Position numbers and translations under genes: made by a program. Source: Eimeria praecox (Eukaryota). From it: a DNA stretch of 64,000 bases. The DNA is taken from positions 3,100,001 through 3,164,000 of the forward strand of contig OY986948.1 of the NCBI GenBank assembly GCA_963920595.1, written 5' to 3'. A model generated the notes under the pieces. That model saw only the letters and a list, made by a program, of their open reading frames with translations. It made no database searches and was not told the DNA's origin. Of the stretch, positions 33,204-46,287 are shown one piece after another (the first letter of the stretch is position 1; every line of letters starts with the position of its first letter).

Positions 33204-34700
33204 CTATTCAGCCTGCTGGTTGATAAGGTCTGGAAACTCTCGCACAACTTGAAAGCCACTTATCCTGTGGGAGCTCGTCGGCTCCAGCAAACGCACAATA
33301 AGCTCTACCCACCGCCTTGGGACTTTGGAGGCTTCCAACTCCGGGATCAAGACGTTAGAACGTACCCCGTCTTCCACCAGCCGGGATGATAACATGATAG
33401 CTTCTTTATGCCATTCCCCCCCCCGCAGTGGCCCATAGGGGTCTTGGTTTCCGGTGTACAGGTGAAAGAGAAGAATCCCAAGATTCCACATATTTACCTT
33501 ACCCTTAGCCCTAGCTATTCCAGTTTCAGAAAAATCAACCATCAAACGAGGTTCAGGATGCTTCGTCATACCGGATGCTATAGAGGTAACCTCATCTCCG
33601 AAAGGAGCAGCGCTGGCAAAATTCCCCAACAAGAAGGAGCCGTCTTCACGCAGAAACAAGGAGTTCCAGTCAAACTGCAGATGAGCAACCCCTGAATCCT
33701 CCAATTTCAACGCCATCAGCAACAAACGATAAGCCATGTAATCACGCGCCTTCTCATCCAGTTCCCCTATTCTTTCCCTCAGGAACCGTAAGTCCCCCAA
33801 AACCGGTACCGTCAATCCTACAGTACCATAGATTCTTGTACCCCCTACAGAATGGATTTTGTCAAGGCCCGATATTTCACTTGTGTAAACTGGAATGTAC
33901 ATGCCCTTCTGTGAGGCTGCCAACTCAGCCGGCACGTAGCCGCAAGCCTGCAGCGCTGCATTCTTCTCATCCTCAGCCGCTCGCCACATTTCTCCATCAA
34001 AATTATCTTCACTGTACATGGGAAACCTCTTGATATCGGAGACGGGGATATTTACGAAGAATTTATCCTTCGTAGCGATGTCTTCGGCACTCAACACCAA
34101 ATTCCCGCCGACGTACCCCACCACTCCAGTAATGCGCAGCGCTTGCGGCAAAGGCTTGTCTTCAATGCTCCAGTTTAAAGGCTTCACATTCTCCAACACA
34201 ATTCTCATCCCAACCAAAGAGTCATTCGATCCTTTCGAAAGAGCAAGAGCAACGGCCCGCTGATAAGTCTCAGTATACTGGCTCGACTTTGGCTCAGATA
34301 CGTATTCGGAAGCCCAAGCTGCTAGTAACTCTTTGCCCTCCTTAAGCTTAGGAGGAAGCGTCTCTTCAAAATGTTCAAGCGACGGTAGCCCCCAATCACC
34401 ACGTTTCCTCTGCTGCTCCCCTGGAGCCTCCACTGGAGCCTCCACTGGAGCCTCCACAGGAGGCAATGCCGAACTCGAGCTGCTCGGCTCCACACGAGAA
34501 ACCAGGGTAGCTAGCTTTCTCCCTATTGCAAACAGCAAGACGAAGCCTGCAACAATCAATATCAACGAGGGCGCACCAACTCGTTTTGATACGAAACTGT
34601 GGTCAGTTTCTCGAATCTCAAGTGGCGAATCCCTGGCATTCAGCTCCAGCTGTGGTTCCGCGGAGGCAGTCGTCTCAACGGGGGATCCCTGCACCTCCAT
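33204..34700 (-). CDS. ROPK-like pseudokinase, copy 3 (type A, 498 aa)
   Basis: Intact ORF with HLQFDWNS and LLGNFA. Confidence 0.8.
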   Translation of the reverse strand: MEVQGSPVETTASAEPQLELNARDSPLEIRETDHSFVSKRVGAPSLILIVAGFVLLFAIGRKLATLVSRVEPSSSSSALPPVEAPVEAPVEAPGEQQRKRGDWGLPSLEHFEETLPPKLKEGKELLAAWASEYVSEPKSSQYTETYQRAVALALSKGSNDSLVGMRIVLENVKPLNWSIEDKPLPQALRITGVVGYVGGNLVLSAEDIATKDKFFVNIPVSDIKRFPMYSEDNFDGEMWRAAEDEKNAALQACGYVPAELAASQKGMYIPVYTSEISGLDKIHSVGGTRIYGTVGLTVPVLGDLRFLRERIGELDEKARDYMAYRLLLMALKLEDSGVAHLQFDWNSLFLREDGSFLLGNFASAAPFGDEVTSIASGMTKHPEPRLMVDFSETGIARAKGKVNMWNLGILLFHLYTGNQDPYGPLRGGEWHKEAIMLSSRLVEDGVRSNVLIPELEASKVPRRWVELIVRLLEPTSSHRISGFQVVREFPDLINQQAE

Positions 34701-37069
34701 TTTTGAGCGCACAGTTTTCCATTAAACGTAAAGCAGCACGCTCACAGAAAAGTGAATGTGGGGTAAGCAGCGGAGGCTTCAAGGTTGCCTATCCGAACCG
34801 GGGCTATGCCACTGGACATGCACTTCACGCCACTAGTGAGGGAGTGTGGTCGAGGACACGGCACCTATACGCCATACCCTGAAGAAAAAATTATGTCGTT
34901 TTTCACTGACAAATTAACTTTGTTTTACGAGTAGTGATCTAGGAGGCAAACAAATCCTGCCGGCCAGGCTTAAACTTAGCGAGTTTCGTTTGCCTAATAG
35001 TAAGAGTCGCAGTTGGAGAGTCGCAGTAGGAGACGGATCAGGAGAAGTCGATAGCGCTCTACAAGTAAGGCTTGCCGAAGCAGGAGTATCAAGTGTGGCA
35101 GGAGTTCAGACTTGGACACCCTGCCACTTGGCAGGTGACCGGGCACACGAGGGAGTGTGCTGCTTTGCGAAAATGCGTGGCGCAGATGTAGGAAGGTGTG
35201 CGTGAAGTTGGAGTGCGTATTTGTACCTGTACGTGCATGTAGGCTAGTTAATGAGGGCCAAGGTACGATGGTCCTTGATCGTAGCTGAGGACCATCGTAC
35301 GATAGGAGCTCCCCAAAACATGCTGACCTCCCTTTCAGTCTCCAAAACGTTTTGGACACAGCTGCCAAAGTGTCTCGAGCTTTTGAACTACCCTCTCTGC
35401 GTCAGTGCCACTGTGCCCAGGACGCCTAAACACAGGAGGGGAAGTCAGCTGCTTTTTGGAAGCACTCATCATAATTCATTCGAACCATTTGCACCTTACG
35501 ACGCTCGTGTGCTAGGTTCGAGGATCATCATTGGAAACACGGTGTACCTGAGTCAGATAATCAGCCTGCCTCTGGCTTCGTCTTGCTTGCACTTGCCCCC
35601 CCTTTTGTCGATCTGCTCGCCACACCAAAGCACGTTATGTTTGGTGAGTTAGTCAGGGTAGATGGGACAGCTTCTGTTAGAAGTAGAGGTATGCGAAGAT
35701 GGTTGAGCGCATGTTAACCACTGGAGACCTTGTAGGTCTCTAACAGTTGACGACGGCGCTTGTGGATGTGTTGGGGAGGGAGGTGAGCATCTGGGCTTGC
35801 TTTTGTGGCAGGAGTTGCAGTAGGAAGTGCAGCCGGGCAGCCTGCCTCCTCTTCTCACCGGCCACAGGGTCTTACGCAATTGCGCTCCAGCTGCCTTGAG
35901 CGTAAGACCCGAGTTGCTTTTAGTCGGGGAGCCAGCGGAGGCTTCCTGCCACGACTTGCAGCACTTCTTGCTGCAGCAAACGCCCCAACCCTAACAAAGG
36001 CAAGCGCTATCAAGCCTCCAATTCCACGCATGCACTAACAGCGTATGCGACTGCCAAAGAACTACTTGGCACTTGTGTAGGCACGTCGGTTACTTAGGGC
36101 CAATACAACTACCTAACTCTTACAGACCTCCTACAACGGGTCTCTACAAAACATGGAAGGGTTCCAGTTAGTCACCGACTGCGAAGTCGACGTGCAACGC
36201 ATTCAAACGGTACTGAAACAAAATTAAATTCCCTTCAGAGGAGTGTGCAGGTACCATACCCTCGCCTGCTCCCAAATGAAGAAAAAAGTGGGTGGAGGTA
36301 CACACCACCGGAAAACGAGTCTGTGCGTACAACTGTGCACCTCTAAGTTTCCCATGCACCATAGCCCATCTCCCTCCAACACAAAGGCAAGGATTTAGCT
36401 TAGTGATGGATAACAATGTCCACGACGCTGAACCGCTCGAACACGCAAAGCTGCAAGCAAGTCTACATATGCACGATTATACATTAACTCCCCCAACAAA
36501 TGTAGCGAGAGCTCCTTGCGGCTTCAAACAAAGCAATCATGTAACAACTAAACCTGATGCTACGAGCGCACTTTGCACCGGTGCTGGCAAGCATCCAATC
36601 AGCAACTGAAATACAGTACAAAAAAAGGACCAAACAACATGCACCACTCCATTCAAATTGAGGTCTAGGGCTTTTTCAGCCCGCGAATTCCGAACCTGCC
36701 AACACTATTCCACTATCCCAACAACCGTCGTCCTCCAGAAGAAACAAGCTTTATCAAATTTAAAGACTCAAATGCCCCGCAAAACGACGCCACCTCGTGC
36801 TTGTCGGGCGTTCAAATAAAGAAAAAGAATCAGCCACAAACCTACGGAACAAGTGCTCGTGCCTATGCAAAAGCTTTCATTCAAGTGCCTGCCGATATCC
36901 ATTGGATTGTGCGCAGAATCGTGAGTGCACTGAGCCCGAAGGTGTGCAGACTCATAGTGTATCAAGGCGCTGACTAGTGGGGCTCGGCTGATAAGGGCCC
37001 CTCACCCTGTCGAAGACCCTGTCTGACAGATGCGGCTGTTATACAGAAGCTCCACAAATGGCTGAAGGT

Positions 37070-38566
37070 CTATTCAGCCTGCTGGTTGATAAGGTCTGGA
37101 AACTCTCGCACAACTTGAAAGCCATTTATCCTGTGGGCGCTCGTCGGCTCCAGCAAACGCACAATAAGCTCTATCCACCGCCTTGGGACTTTGCAGGCCT
37201 CCAACTCCGGGATCAAGACGCTAGAACGTACCCCATCTTCCAACAGCTGCGACGATAACATGCTAGCTTCTTCACGCCATGGCCCCCCCTGCAGTTCCCC
37301 GTAGGGGTGGTGGTTTCCGGTGTACAGGTAAAAGAGAAGAATCCCGAGATTCCACATATTTGTCTTAGCCTTAGGCCTAGCTATTCCAGTTTTAGAAAAA
37401 CGAACAATCAAACTGGGTTCAGGGTGCATCGTCATACCGGATGCTACAGAGGTAACCTCATCTCCGAAGGGAGCAGCGGTGGCAAAATTCCCCAACAAGA
37501 AGGAGCCGTCTTCACGCAGAAACAAGGAGTTCCAGTCAAACTGCAGATGAGCAACCCCTGAATTCTCCAATTTCAGCGCCATCATCAACAAACGATAAGC
37601 CATGTAATCACGCGCCTTCTCATCCAGTTCCCCTATTCTTTCCCTCAGGAACCGTAAGTTCCCCAAAACCGGTACCGTCAATCCTACAGTATGATAGATT
37701 CTTGTACCCCCTATAGAATGGATTTCATCAAGGCCCGATATTTCACCCGTATAAACTGGAATGCACATGCCCTTCTGTGAGGCTGCCAACTCAGCCGGCA
37801 CGTAGCCGCAAGCCTGCAGCGCTGCATTCTTCTCATCCTCAGCCGCTCGCCACATTTCTCTATCAAAAATATCTTCACTGTAAATGGGAAACCTCTTGCT
37901 ATCGGAGACAGGGATATTTACAAAATATTTATCCTCCGTAGCGATTCCTTCTGCACTCAACACCAAATTCCAGCCGAAGTACCCCACCACTCCAGTAATG
38001 CGCAGCGCTTTCGGCAAAGGCTTGTTTTCAATGCTCCAGTTAAAAGGCTTCACATTCTCCAACACAATTGCCATCCCAACCAAAGAGTCATTCGATCCCT
38101 TCGAAAGAGCAAGAGCAACGGCGCGCTGATAAGCCTCAGTATACTGGCTCGACTTTTGCTCAGATATGTACTCGGAAGCCCAAGCTGCTAGCAACTCTTT
38201 GCCCTCCTTAAGTTTAGGAGGAAGCGTCTCTTCAAAATGTTCAAGCGACGGTAGCCCCCAATCATCACGTTTCGGCTGCTGCTCCACTGGAGCCTCCACT
38301 GGAGCCTCCACTGGAGCCTCCACAGGAGACAATGCTGAACTCGAGCTGCTAGGCTCCACACGAGAAACCAGGGTAGCCAGCTTTCTCCCTATTGCAAGCA
38401 GCAAGACGAAGCCTGCAACAATCAATATCAACGAGGGCGCACCAACTCGTTTTGATACGAAACTGTGGTCAGTTTCTCGAATCTCAAGTGGCGAATCCCT
38501 GGCATTCAGCTCCAGCTGTGGTTCCGCGGAGGCAGTCGTCTCAACGGGGGATCCCTGCACCTCCAT
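37070..38566 (-). CDS. ROPK-like pseudokinase, copy 4 (type A, 498 aa)
   Basis: Intact ORF; the protein appears identical to copy 6. Confidence 0.8.
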   Translation of the reverse strand: MEVQGSPVETTASAEPQLELNARDSPLEIRETDHSFVSKRVGAPSLILIVAGFVLLLAIGRKLATLVSRVEPSSSSSALSPVEAPVEAPVEAPVEQQPKRDDWGLPSLEHFEETLPPKLKEGKELLAAWASEYISEQKSSQYTEAYQRAVALALSKGSNDSLVGMAIVLENVKPFNWSIENKPLPKALRITGVVGYFGWNLVLSAEGIATEDKYFVNIPVSDSKRFPIYSEDIFDREMWRAAEDEKNAALQACGYVPAELAASQKGMCIPVYTGEISGLDEIHSIGGTRIYHTVGLTVPVLGNLRFLRERIGELDEKARDYMAYRLLMMALKLENSGVAHLQFDWNSLFLREDGSFLLGNFATAAPFGDEVTSVASGMTMHPEPSLIVRFSKTGIARPKAKTNMWNLGILLFYLYTGNHHPYGELQGGPWREEASMLSSQLLEDGVRSSVLIPELEACKVPRRWIELIVRLLEPTSAHRINGFQVVREFPDLINQQAE

Positions 38567-40936
38567 TTTTGAGCGCACAATTTTCCATTAAACTTAAAGC
38601 AGCACACTCACAGAAAAGTAAATGTGGGGTAAGCAGCGGAGGCTTCAAGGTTGCCTATCCGAACCGGGGCTATGCCACTGGACATGCACTTCACGCCACT
38701 AGTGAGGGAGTGTGGTCGAGGACACGGCACCTATACGCCATACCCTGAAGAAAAAATTATGTCGTTTTTCACTGACAAATTAACTTTGTTTTACGAGTAG
38801 TGATCTAGGAGGCAAACAAATCCTGCCGGCCAGGCTTAAACTTAGCGAGTTTCGTTTGCCTAATAGTAAGAGTCGCAGTTGGAGAGTCGCAGTAGGAGAC
38901 GGATCAGGAGAAGTCGATAGCGCTCCACAAGTAAGGCTTGCCGAAGCAGCAGTATCAAGTGTGGCAGGAATTCAAACTTGTACACCCTGCTACTTGGCAG
39001 GTGACCGGGCACACGAGGGAGTGTGCTGCTTTGCGAAAATGCGTGGCGCAGATGTAGGAAGGTGTGCGTGAAGTTGGTGTGTGTATTTGTACCTGTACGT
39101 GCATGTAGGCTAGTTAATGAGGGCCAAGGTACGATGGTCCTTGATCGTAGCTGAGGACCATCGTACGATAGGAGCTCCCCAAAACATGCTGACCTCCCTT
39201 TCAGTCTCCAAAACGTTTTGGACACAGCTGCCAAAGTGTCTCGAGCTTTTGAACTACCCTCTCTGCGTCAGTGCCACTGTGCCCAGGACGCCTAAACACA
39301 GGAGGGGAAGTCAGCTGCTTTTTGGAAGCGCTCATCACAATTCATTCGAGCCATTTGCACCTTACGACGTTCCTATGCTAGGTTGGAGGATCATCATTGG
39401 AAACACCGTGCACCTGAGTCAGATAATCAGCCTGCCTCTGGCTTCGTCTTGCTTGCACTTGCCCCCACTCTTGTCGATCTGCTCGCCACACTAAAGCACG
39501 TTATGTTTGGTGAGTTAGTCAGGGTAGATGGGACAGCTTCTGTTAGAAGTAGAGGTATGCGTAGATGGTTGAGCGCATGTTAACCACTGGAGACCTTGTA
39601 GGTCTCTAACAGTTGACGACGGCGCTTGTGGATGTGTTGGGGAGGGGGGTGAGCATCTGGGCTTGCTTTTGTGGCAGGAGTTGCAGTAGGAAGTGCAGCC
39701 GGGCAGCCTGCCTTCTCTTCTCACCGGCCACAGGGTCTTACGCAAATGCGCTCCAGCTGCCTTGAACGCAAGACCCGAGTTGCTTTTAGTCGGGGAGCCA
39801 GCGGAGGCTTCCTGCCACGACTTGCAGCACTTCTTGCTGCAGCAAATGCCCCAACCCTAATAAAGGCAAGCGCTATCAACCCTCCAATTCCACGCATGCA
39901 CTAACAGCGTATGCGACTGCCAAAGAACTACTTGGCATTGGTGTAGGGACGTCGGTTACTTAGGGCCAATGCAACTACCTAACTCCTACAGACCTCCTAC
40001 AACGGGTCTCTACAAAACATGGAGGGGTTCCAGTTAGTCGCCGACTGCAAAGTCGGCGTGCAACGCATGCAAACGGTATTGAAACAAAATAAAATTCCCG
40101 TCAGAGGAGTGTGCAGGTACCATACCCTCGCCTGCCCCCAAATGAAGAAAAAAGTGCGTGGGGGTACACAGCACCGGAAAACGAGTCTGTGCGTACAACT
40201 GTGCGCCTCTAGGTTTCCCATGCACCACAGCCCATCTCCCTACCACACAAAGGCAAGGATTTAGCTTAGTGATGGATAACAATGTCCACGACGCTGAACC
40301 GCTCGAATACTCAAAGCTGCAAGCAAGTCTACATATGCACGATTATAAATAAACTCCCCCAACAAATGTAGCGAGAGCTCCTTGCGGCTTCAAACAAAGC
40401 AATCATGTAAGAAGTAAACCTGATCCTATGAGCGCACTTTGCACCGGTGCTGGCACGCACCCAATCAGCAACTGAAATACAGTACAAAAAGCTGACCAAA
40501 CAACATGCACCACTCCATTCAAATTGAGGTCTAAGGCTTTTTCAGCCCGCGAATTCCGAACCTGCCAACACTATTCCACTATCCCAACAACCGTCGTCCT
40601 CCAGAAGAAACAAGCTTTATCAAATTTAAAGACTCAAATGCCTCGAAAAACGACGCCACCGCGTGCTTGTCGGGCGTTCAAATAAAGAAAAAGAATCAAC
40701 CACAAACCTACGGAACAAGTGCTCATGTCTATGCAAAAGCTTTCATTCAAGTGCCTGCAGATATCCGTCGGACTGTGCGCAGATTCGTGAGTGCACTGAG
40801 CCCGAAGGCGTGCAGACTCATAGTTTATCAACGCACTGACTAGTGGGGCTCGGGTGATACGGGCCCCTCCCCTGCCAAAGACCCTGTCTTTGACAGATGC
40901 GGCTGTTATAGAGAAGCTTCACAAATGGCTGAAGGT

Positions 40937-42418
40937 CTATTCAGCCTGCTGGTTGATAAGGTCTGGAAACTCTCGCACAACTTGAAAGCCACTTATCCTG
41001 TGGGCCCTCGTCGGCTCCAGCAAACGCACAATAAGCTCTACCCAGCGCCTTGGGACATTGGAGGCTTCCAACTCCGGGATCAAAACGTTAGAACGTAAGC
41101 CCTTTTCCAACAGCACTTTTGATAGGGTCATTATCTCCTGCATTGCGTCCCGCCCCATATGCCCCCCGCAGGAGTCTTGGTTTCCGGTGTACAGGTGAAA
41201 GAGAAGAATCCCGAGATGCCACATATTTGTCTTGGCCTCTGGCATAGTCAATCCAGATTCATAAAACTGAACAATCACATTGGGTTCTGGATAAAGCGGC
41301 AAGACGCCCGTTAAGAAGGGTCTTTCATGGCCAAATGGAGCAGCGCTGCCAAAATTCCCCAACAAGAAGGAGCCGTCTTCACGCAGAAACAAGCCACTCC
41401 AATCAAGCTCCAGATGAGCAACTCCTGCTTGCTCGAGTTTCACCGCCATCAGCAACAAACGATAAGCCATGTAGTCACGCGCCTTCTCATCCAGTTCCCC
41501 TATTCTATGGCTCAGATGTCCAAAATTCCGCACAGCCCCTTCCATCAACCCTACAGTACCATAGATTTTTATATCTCCTACAGAATGAATTTGATCAAGG
41601 CCCGATATTTCACCTGTGTAGACTGGAATGGATATGCCTTTCTGTGAGGCTGCCAACTCAGCCGGCATGCAGCCGCAAGCCTGCAGCACTGCATTCTTCT
41701 CATGTTCAGCGGTTTGCCGCATTTCTTCTTCAAACTCTTCACTGGACTGGGTATACTTGCTGATATCGGCACCGGGGATATTCACCAAATATTCCTTCTT
41801 CGTAGCGATGTCTTCGGCAGTCAGCACCAAATTCCAGCGGTAGTACTCCACCACTCCAGTAATGCGCAGCGCTTGCGGCAAAGGCTTGTTTTCAATGCTC
41901 CAGTTAAAAGGCTTCACATTCTCCAACACAATTCTCATCCCAACCAAAGAGTCATTCGATCCATTCGAAAGAGCAAGAGCAACGGCGCGCTGATAAGTCT
42001 TAGCATACTCACTCAACGTTGGCTCAGATACGTACTCGGAAGCCCAAGCTGCTAGTAACTCTTTGCCCTCCTTAAGCCTAGGAGGAAGCGTCTCTTCAAA
42101 ATGTTCAAGCGAAGGTACCCCCCAATCATCACGTTTCAGCAGCTGCTCCACTGCAGCCTCCACTCGAGCCTCCACTGGAGACAATGCCGAACTCGAGCTG
42201 CTCGGCTCCACACGAGAAACCAAGGTAGCCAGCTTCCCCCCTATTGCAAACAGCAAGACGAAGCCTGCAACAATCAATATCCACGAGGGCGCACCAACTC
42301 GTTTTGATACGAAACTGTGGTCAGTTTCTCGAATCTCAAGTGACGAATCCCTGGCATTCAGCTCCGGCTGTGGTTCCGCGGAGGCAGTCGTCTCAACGGG
42401 GGATCCCTGCACCTCCAT
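40937..42418 (-). CDS. ROPK-like pseudokinase, copy 5 (type B, 493 aa)
   Basis: Intact ORF with HLELDWSG; C-lobe close to copy 2. Confidence 0.8.
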   Translation of the reverse strand: MEVQGSPVETTASAEPQPELNARDSSLEIRETDHSFVSKRVGAPSWILIVAGFVLLFAIGGKLATLVSRVEPSSSSSALSPVEARVEAAVEQLLKRDDWGVPSLEHFEETLPPRLKEGKELLAAWASEYVSEPTLSEYAKTYQRAVALALSNGSNDSLVGMRIVLENVKPFNWSIENKPLPQALRITGVVEYYRWNLVLTAEDIATKKEYLVNIPGADISKYTQSSEEFEEEMRQTAEHEKNAVLQACGCMPAELAASQKGISIPVYTGEISGLDQIHSVGDIKIYGTVGLMEGAVRNFGHLSHRIGELDEKARDYMAYRLLLMAVKLEQAGVAHLELDWSGLFLREDGSFLLGNFGSAAPFGHERPFLTGVLPLYPEPNVIVQFYESGLTMPEAKTNMWHLGILLFHLYTGNQDSCGGHMGRDAMQEIMTLSKVLLEKGLRSNVLIPELEASNVPRRWVELIVRLLEPTRAHRISGFQVVREFPDLINQQAE

Positions 42419-44790
42419 TTTTGAGCGCACAGTTTTCCATTAAACGTAAAGCAGCACGCTCACAGAAAAGTGAATGTGGGGTAAGCAGCGGAGGCTTCAA
42501 GGTTGCCTACCCGAACCGGGGCTATGCCATTGGGCATGCACTTCACGCCACCAGTGAGGGAGTGTGGTAGAGGACTCGGCACCTATACGCCATACCCTGA
42601 AGAAAAAATTATGTCGTTTTACACTCGCAAATTAACTCTGTTTCACGAGTAGTGATCTAGGAGGAAAACACATACTGCCGGCCAGGCTTAAACTTAGCGA
42701 GTTTCGTTCACGCAATAGTAAGAGTCGCAGTTGGAGAGTCGCAGTAGGAGACGGATCAGGAGAAGTCGATAGCGCTCCACAAAGCAAGGCGTGCCGAAGC
42801 AGCAGTATCAAGTGTGGCAGGAGTTCAGACTTGGACACCCTGCCACTTGGCAGGTGACCGGGTACACGAGGGAGTGTGTTGCTGTGCTAAAATGGTGAAG
42901 CAGATGTAGGGAGGTGTGCGTGAAGTTGGAGTGCGTATTTGTACGTGCATGTGCATGTAGGCTAGTTAATGAGGGCCAAGGTACGATGGTCCTCGATCTT
43001 AGCAGAGGACCTTAGTACGATAGGAGCTCCCCAGAACATGCTGCTGACCTCCCTTTCAGTCTCCAAAACGTTTCGGACACAGCTGCCAAAGTGTCTCGAG
43101 CTTTTGAACTACCCTCTCTGCGTCAGTGCCATTGTGCCCGGGACGCCTAAACACAGGAGGGGAAGTCAGCTGCTTTTGGGAAGCGCTCATCATAATTCAT
43201 TCGAACCATTTGCACCTTACGACGCCCCTGTGCTAGGTTCGAGGATCATCATTGGAAACACCGTGTACCTGAGTCAGATAATCAACCTGCCTCTGGCTTC
43301 GTCTTGCTTGCACTTGCCCCCCCTTTTGTCGATCTGCTCGCCACACCAAAGCACGTTAGGTTTGGTGAGTGAGTCAGGGTAGATGGGACAGCTTCTGTTA
43401 GAAGTAGAGGTATGCGAAGATGGTTGAGCGCATGTTAACCACAGGAGACCTTGTAGGTCTCTAACAGTTGACGAGGACGCTTGCGGATGTGTTGGGGAGG
43501 GAGGTGAGCATTTGGGCTTGCTTTTGTGGCAGGAGTTGCAGTAGGAAGTGCAGCCGGGCAGCCTGCCTCCTCTTCTCACCGGCCACGGGGTCTTACGCAA
43601 ATGCGCTCCAGCTGCCTTGAACGCAAGACCCGAGTTGCTTTTAGTCGGGGAGCCAGCGGAGGCTTCCTGCCACGACTTGCAGCACTTCTTGCTGCAGCAA
43701 ATGCCCCAACCCTAACAAAGGCAAGCGCTATCAAGCCTCCAAGTCCACGCATGCACTAACAGCGTATGCGACTGCCAAAGAACTACTTGGCATTGGTGTA
43801 GGCACGTCGGTTACTTAGGGCCAATACAACTACCTAACTCTTACAGACCTCCTACAACGGGTCTCTACAAAACATGGAAGGGTTCCAGTTAGTCACCGAC
43901 TGCGAAGTCGACGTACAACGCATTCAAACGGTACTGAAACAAAATTAAATTCCCTTCAGAGGAGTGTGCAGGTACCATACCCTCGCCTGCCCCCAAATGA
44001 AGAAAAAAGTGGGTCGAGGTACACAGCACCGGAAAACGAGTCCGTGCGTACAACTGTGCGCCTCTAGGATTCCCATGCACCATAGCCCATCTCCCTCCCA
44101 CACAAAGGCAAGGATTTAGCTTAGTGATGGATAACAATGTCCACGACGCTGAACCGCTCGAACACGCAAAGCTGCAAGCAAGTCTACATATGCACGATTA
44201 TACATTAACTCCCCCAACAAATGTAGCGAGAGCTCCTTGCGGCTTCAAACAAAGCAATCATGTAACAACTAAACCTGATGCTACGAGCGCACTTTGCACC
44301 GGTGCTGGCAAGCATCCAATCAGCAACTGAAATACAGTACAAAAAAAGGACCAAACAACATGCACCACTCCATTCAAATTGAGGTCTAGGGCTTTTTCAG
44401 CCCGCGAATTCCGAACCTGCCAACACTATTCCACTATCCCAACAACCGTCGTCCTCCAGAAGAAACAAGCTTTATCAAATTTAAAGACTCAAATGCCCCG
44501 CAAAACGACGCCACCTCGTGCTTGTCGGGCGTTCAAATAAAGAAAAAGAATCAGCCACAAACCTACGGAACAAGTGCTCGTGCCTATGCAAAAGCTTTCA
44601 TTCAAGTGCCTGCCGATATCCATTGGATTGTGCGCAGAATCGTGAGTGCACTGAGCCCGAAGGTGTGCAGACTCATAGTGTATCAAGGCGCTGACTAGTG
44701 GGGCTCGGCTGATAAGGGCCCCTCACCCTGTCGAAGACCCTGTCTGACAGATGCGGCTGTTATACAGAAGCTCCACAAATGGCTGAAGGT

Positions 44791-46287
44791 CTATTCAGCC
44801 TGCTGGTTGATAAGGTCTGGAAACTCTCGCACAACTTGAAAGCCATTTATCCTGTGGGCGCTCGTCGGCTCCAGCAAACGCACAATAAGCTCTATCCACC
44901 GCCTTGGGACTTTGCAGGCCTCCAACTCCGGGATCAAGACGCTAGAACGTACCCCATCTTCCAACAGCTGCGACGATAACATGCTAGCTTCTTCACGCCA
45001 TGGCCCCCCCTGCAGTTCCCCGTAGGGGTGGTGGTTTCCGGTGTACAGGTAAAAGAGAAGAATCCCGAGATTCCACATATTTGTCTTAGCCTTAGGCCTA
45101 GCTATTCCAGTTTTAGAAAAACGAACAATCAAACTGGGTTCAGGGTGCATCGTCATACCGGATGCTACAGAGGTAACCTCATCTCCGAAGGGAGCAGCGG
45201 TGGCAAAATTCCCCAACAAGAAGGAGCCGTCTTCACGCAGAAACAAGGAGTTCCAGTCAAACTGCAGATGAGCAACCCCTGAATTCTCCAATTTCAGCGC
45301 CATCATCAACAAACGATAAGCCATGTAATCACGCGCCTTCTCATCCAGTTCCCCTATTCTTTCCCTCAGGAACCGTAAGTTCCCCAAAACCGGTACCGTC
45401 AATCCTACAGTATGATAGATTCTTGTACCCCCTATAGAATGGATTTCATCAAGGCCCGATATTTCACCCGTATAAACTGGAATGCACATGCCCTTCTGTG
45501 AGGCTGCCAACTCAGCCGGCACGTAGCCGCAAGCCTGCAGCGCTGCATTCTTCTCATCCTCAGCCGCTCGCCACATTTCTCTATCAAAAATATCTTCACT
45601 GTAAATGGGAAACCTCTTGCTATCGGAGACAGGGATATTTACAAAATATTTATCCTCCGTAGCGATTCCTTCTGCACTCAACACCAAATTCCAGCCGAAG
45701 TACCCCACCACTCCAGTAATGCGCAGCGCTTTCGGCAAAGGCTTGTTTTCAATGCTCCAGTTAAAAGGCTTCACATTCTCCAACACAATTGCCATCCCAA
45801 CCAAAGAGTCATTCGATCCCTTCGAAAGAGCAAGAGCAACGGCGCGCTGATAAGCCTCAGTATACTGGCTCGACTTTTGCTCAGATATGTACTCGGAAGC
45901 CCAAGCTGCTAGCAACTCTTTGCCCTCCTTAAGTTTAGGAGGAAGCGTCTCTTCAAAATGTTCAAGCGACGGTAGCCCCCAATCATCACGTTTCGGCTGC
46001 TGCTCCACTGGAGCCTCCACTGGAGCCTCCACTGGAGCCTCCACAGGAGACAATGCTGAACTCGAGCTGCTAGGCTCCACACGAGAAACCAGGGTAGCCA
46101 GCTTTCTCCCTATTGCAAGCAGCAAGACGAAGCCTGCAACAATCAATATCAACGAGGGCGCACCAACTCGTTTTGATACGAAACTGTGGTCAGTTTCTCG
46201 AATCTCAAGTGGCGAATCCCTGGCATTCAGCTCCAGCTGTGGTTCCGCGGAGGCAGTCGTCTCAACGGGGGATCCCTGCACCTCCAT
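44791..46287 (-). CDS. ROPK-like pseudokinase, copy 6 (type A, 498 aa)
   Basis: Intact ORF; duplicate of copy 4 at offset 7721. Confidence 0.78.
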   Translation of the reverse strand: MEVQGSPVETTASAEPQLELNARDSPLEIRETDHSFVSKRVGAPSLILIVAGFVLLLAIGRKLATLVSRVEPSSSSSALSPVEAPVEAPVEAPVEQQPKRDDWGLPSLEHFEETLPPKLKEGKELLAAWASEYISEQKSSQYTEAYQRAVALALSKGSNDSLVGMAIVLENVKPFNWSIENKPLPKALRITGVVGYFGWNLVLSAEGIATEDKYFVNIPVSDSKRFPIYSEDIFDREMWRAAEDEKNAALQACGYVPAELAASQKGMCIPVYTGEISGLDEIHSIGGTRIYHTVGLTVPVLGNLRFLRERIGELDEKARDYMAYRLLMMALKLENSGVAHLQFDWNSLFLREDGSFLLGNFATAAPFGDEVTSVASGMTMHPEPSLIVRFSKTGIARPKAKTNMWNLGILLFYLYTGNHHPYGELQGGPWREEASMLSSQLLEDGVRSSVLIPELEACKVPRRWIELIVRLLEPTSAHRINGFQVVREFPDLINQQAE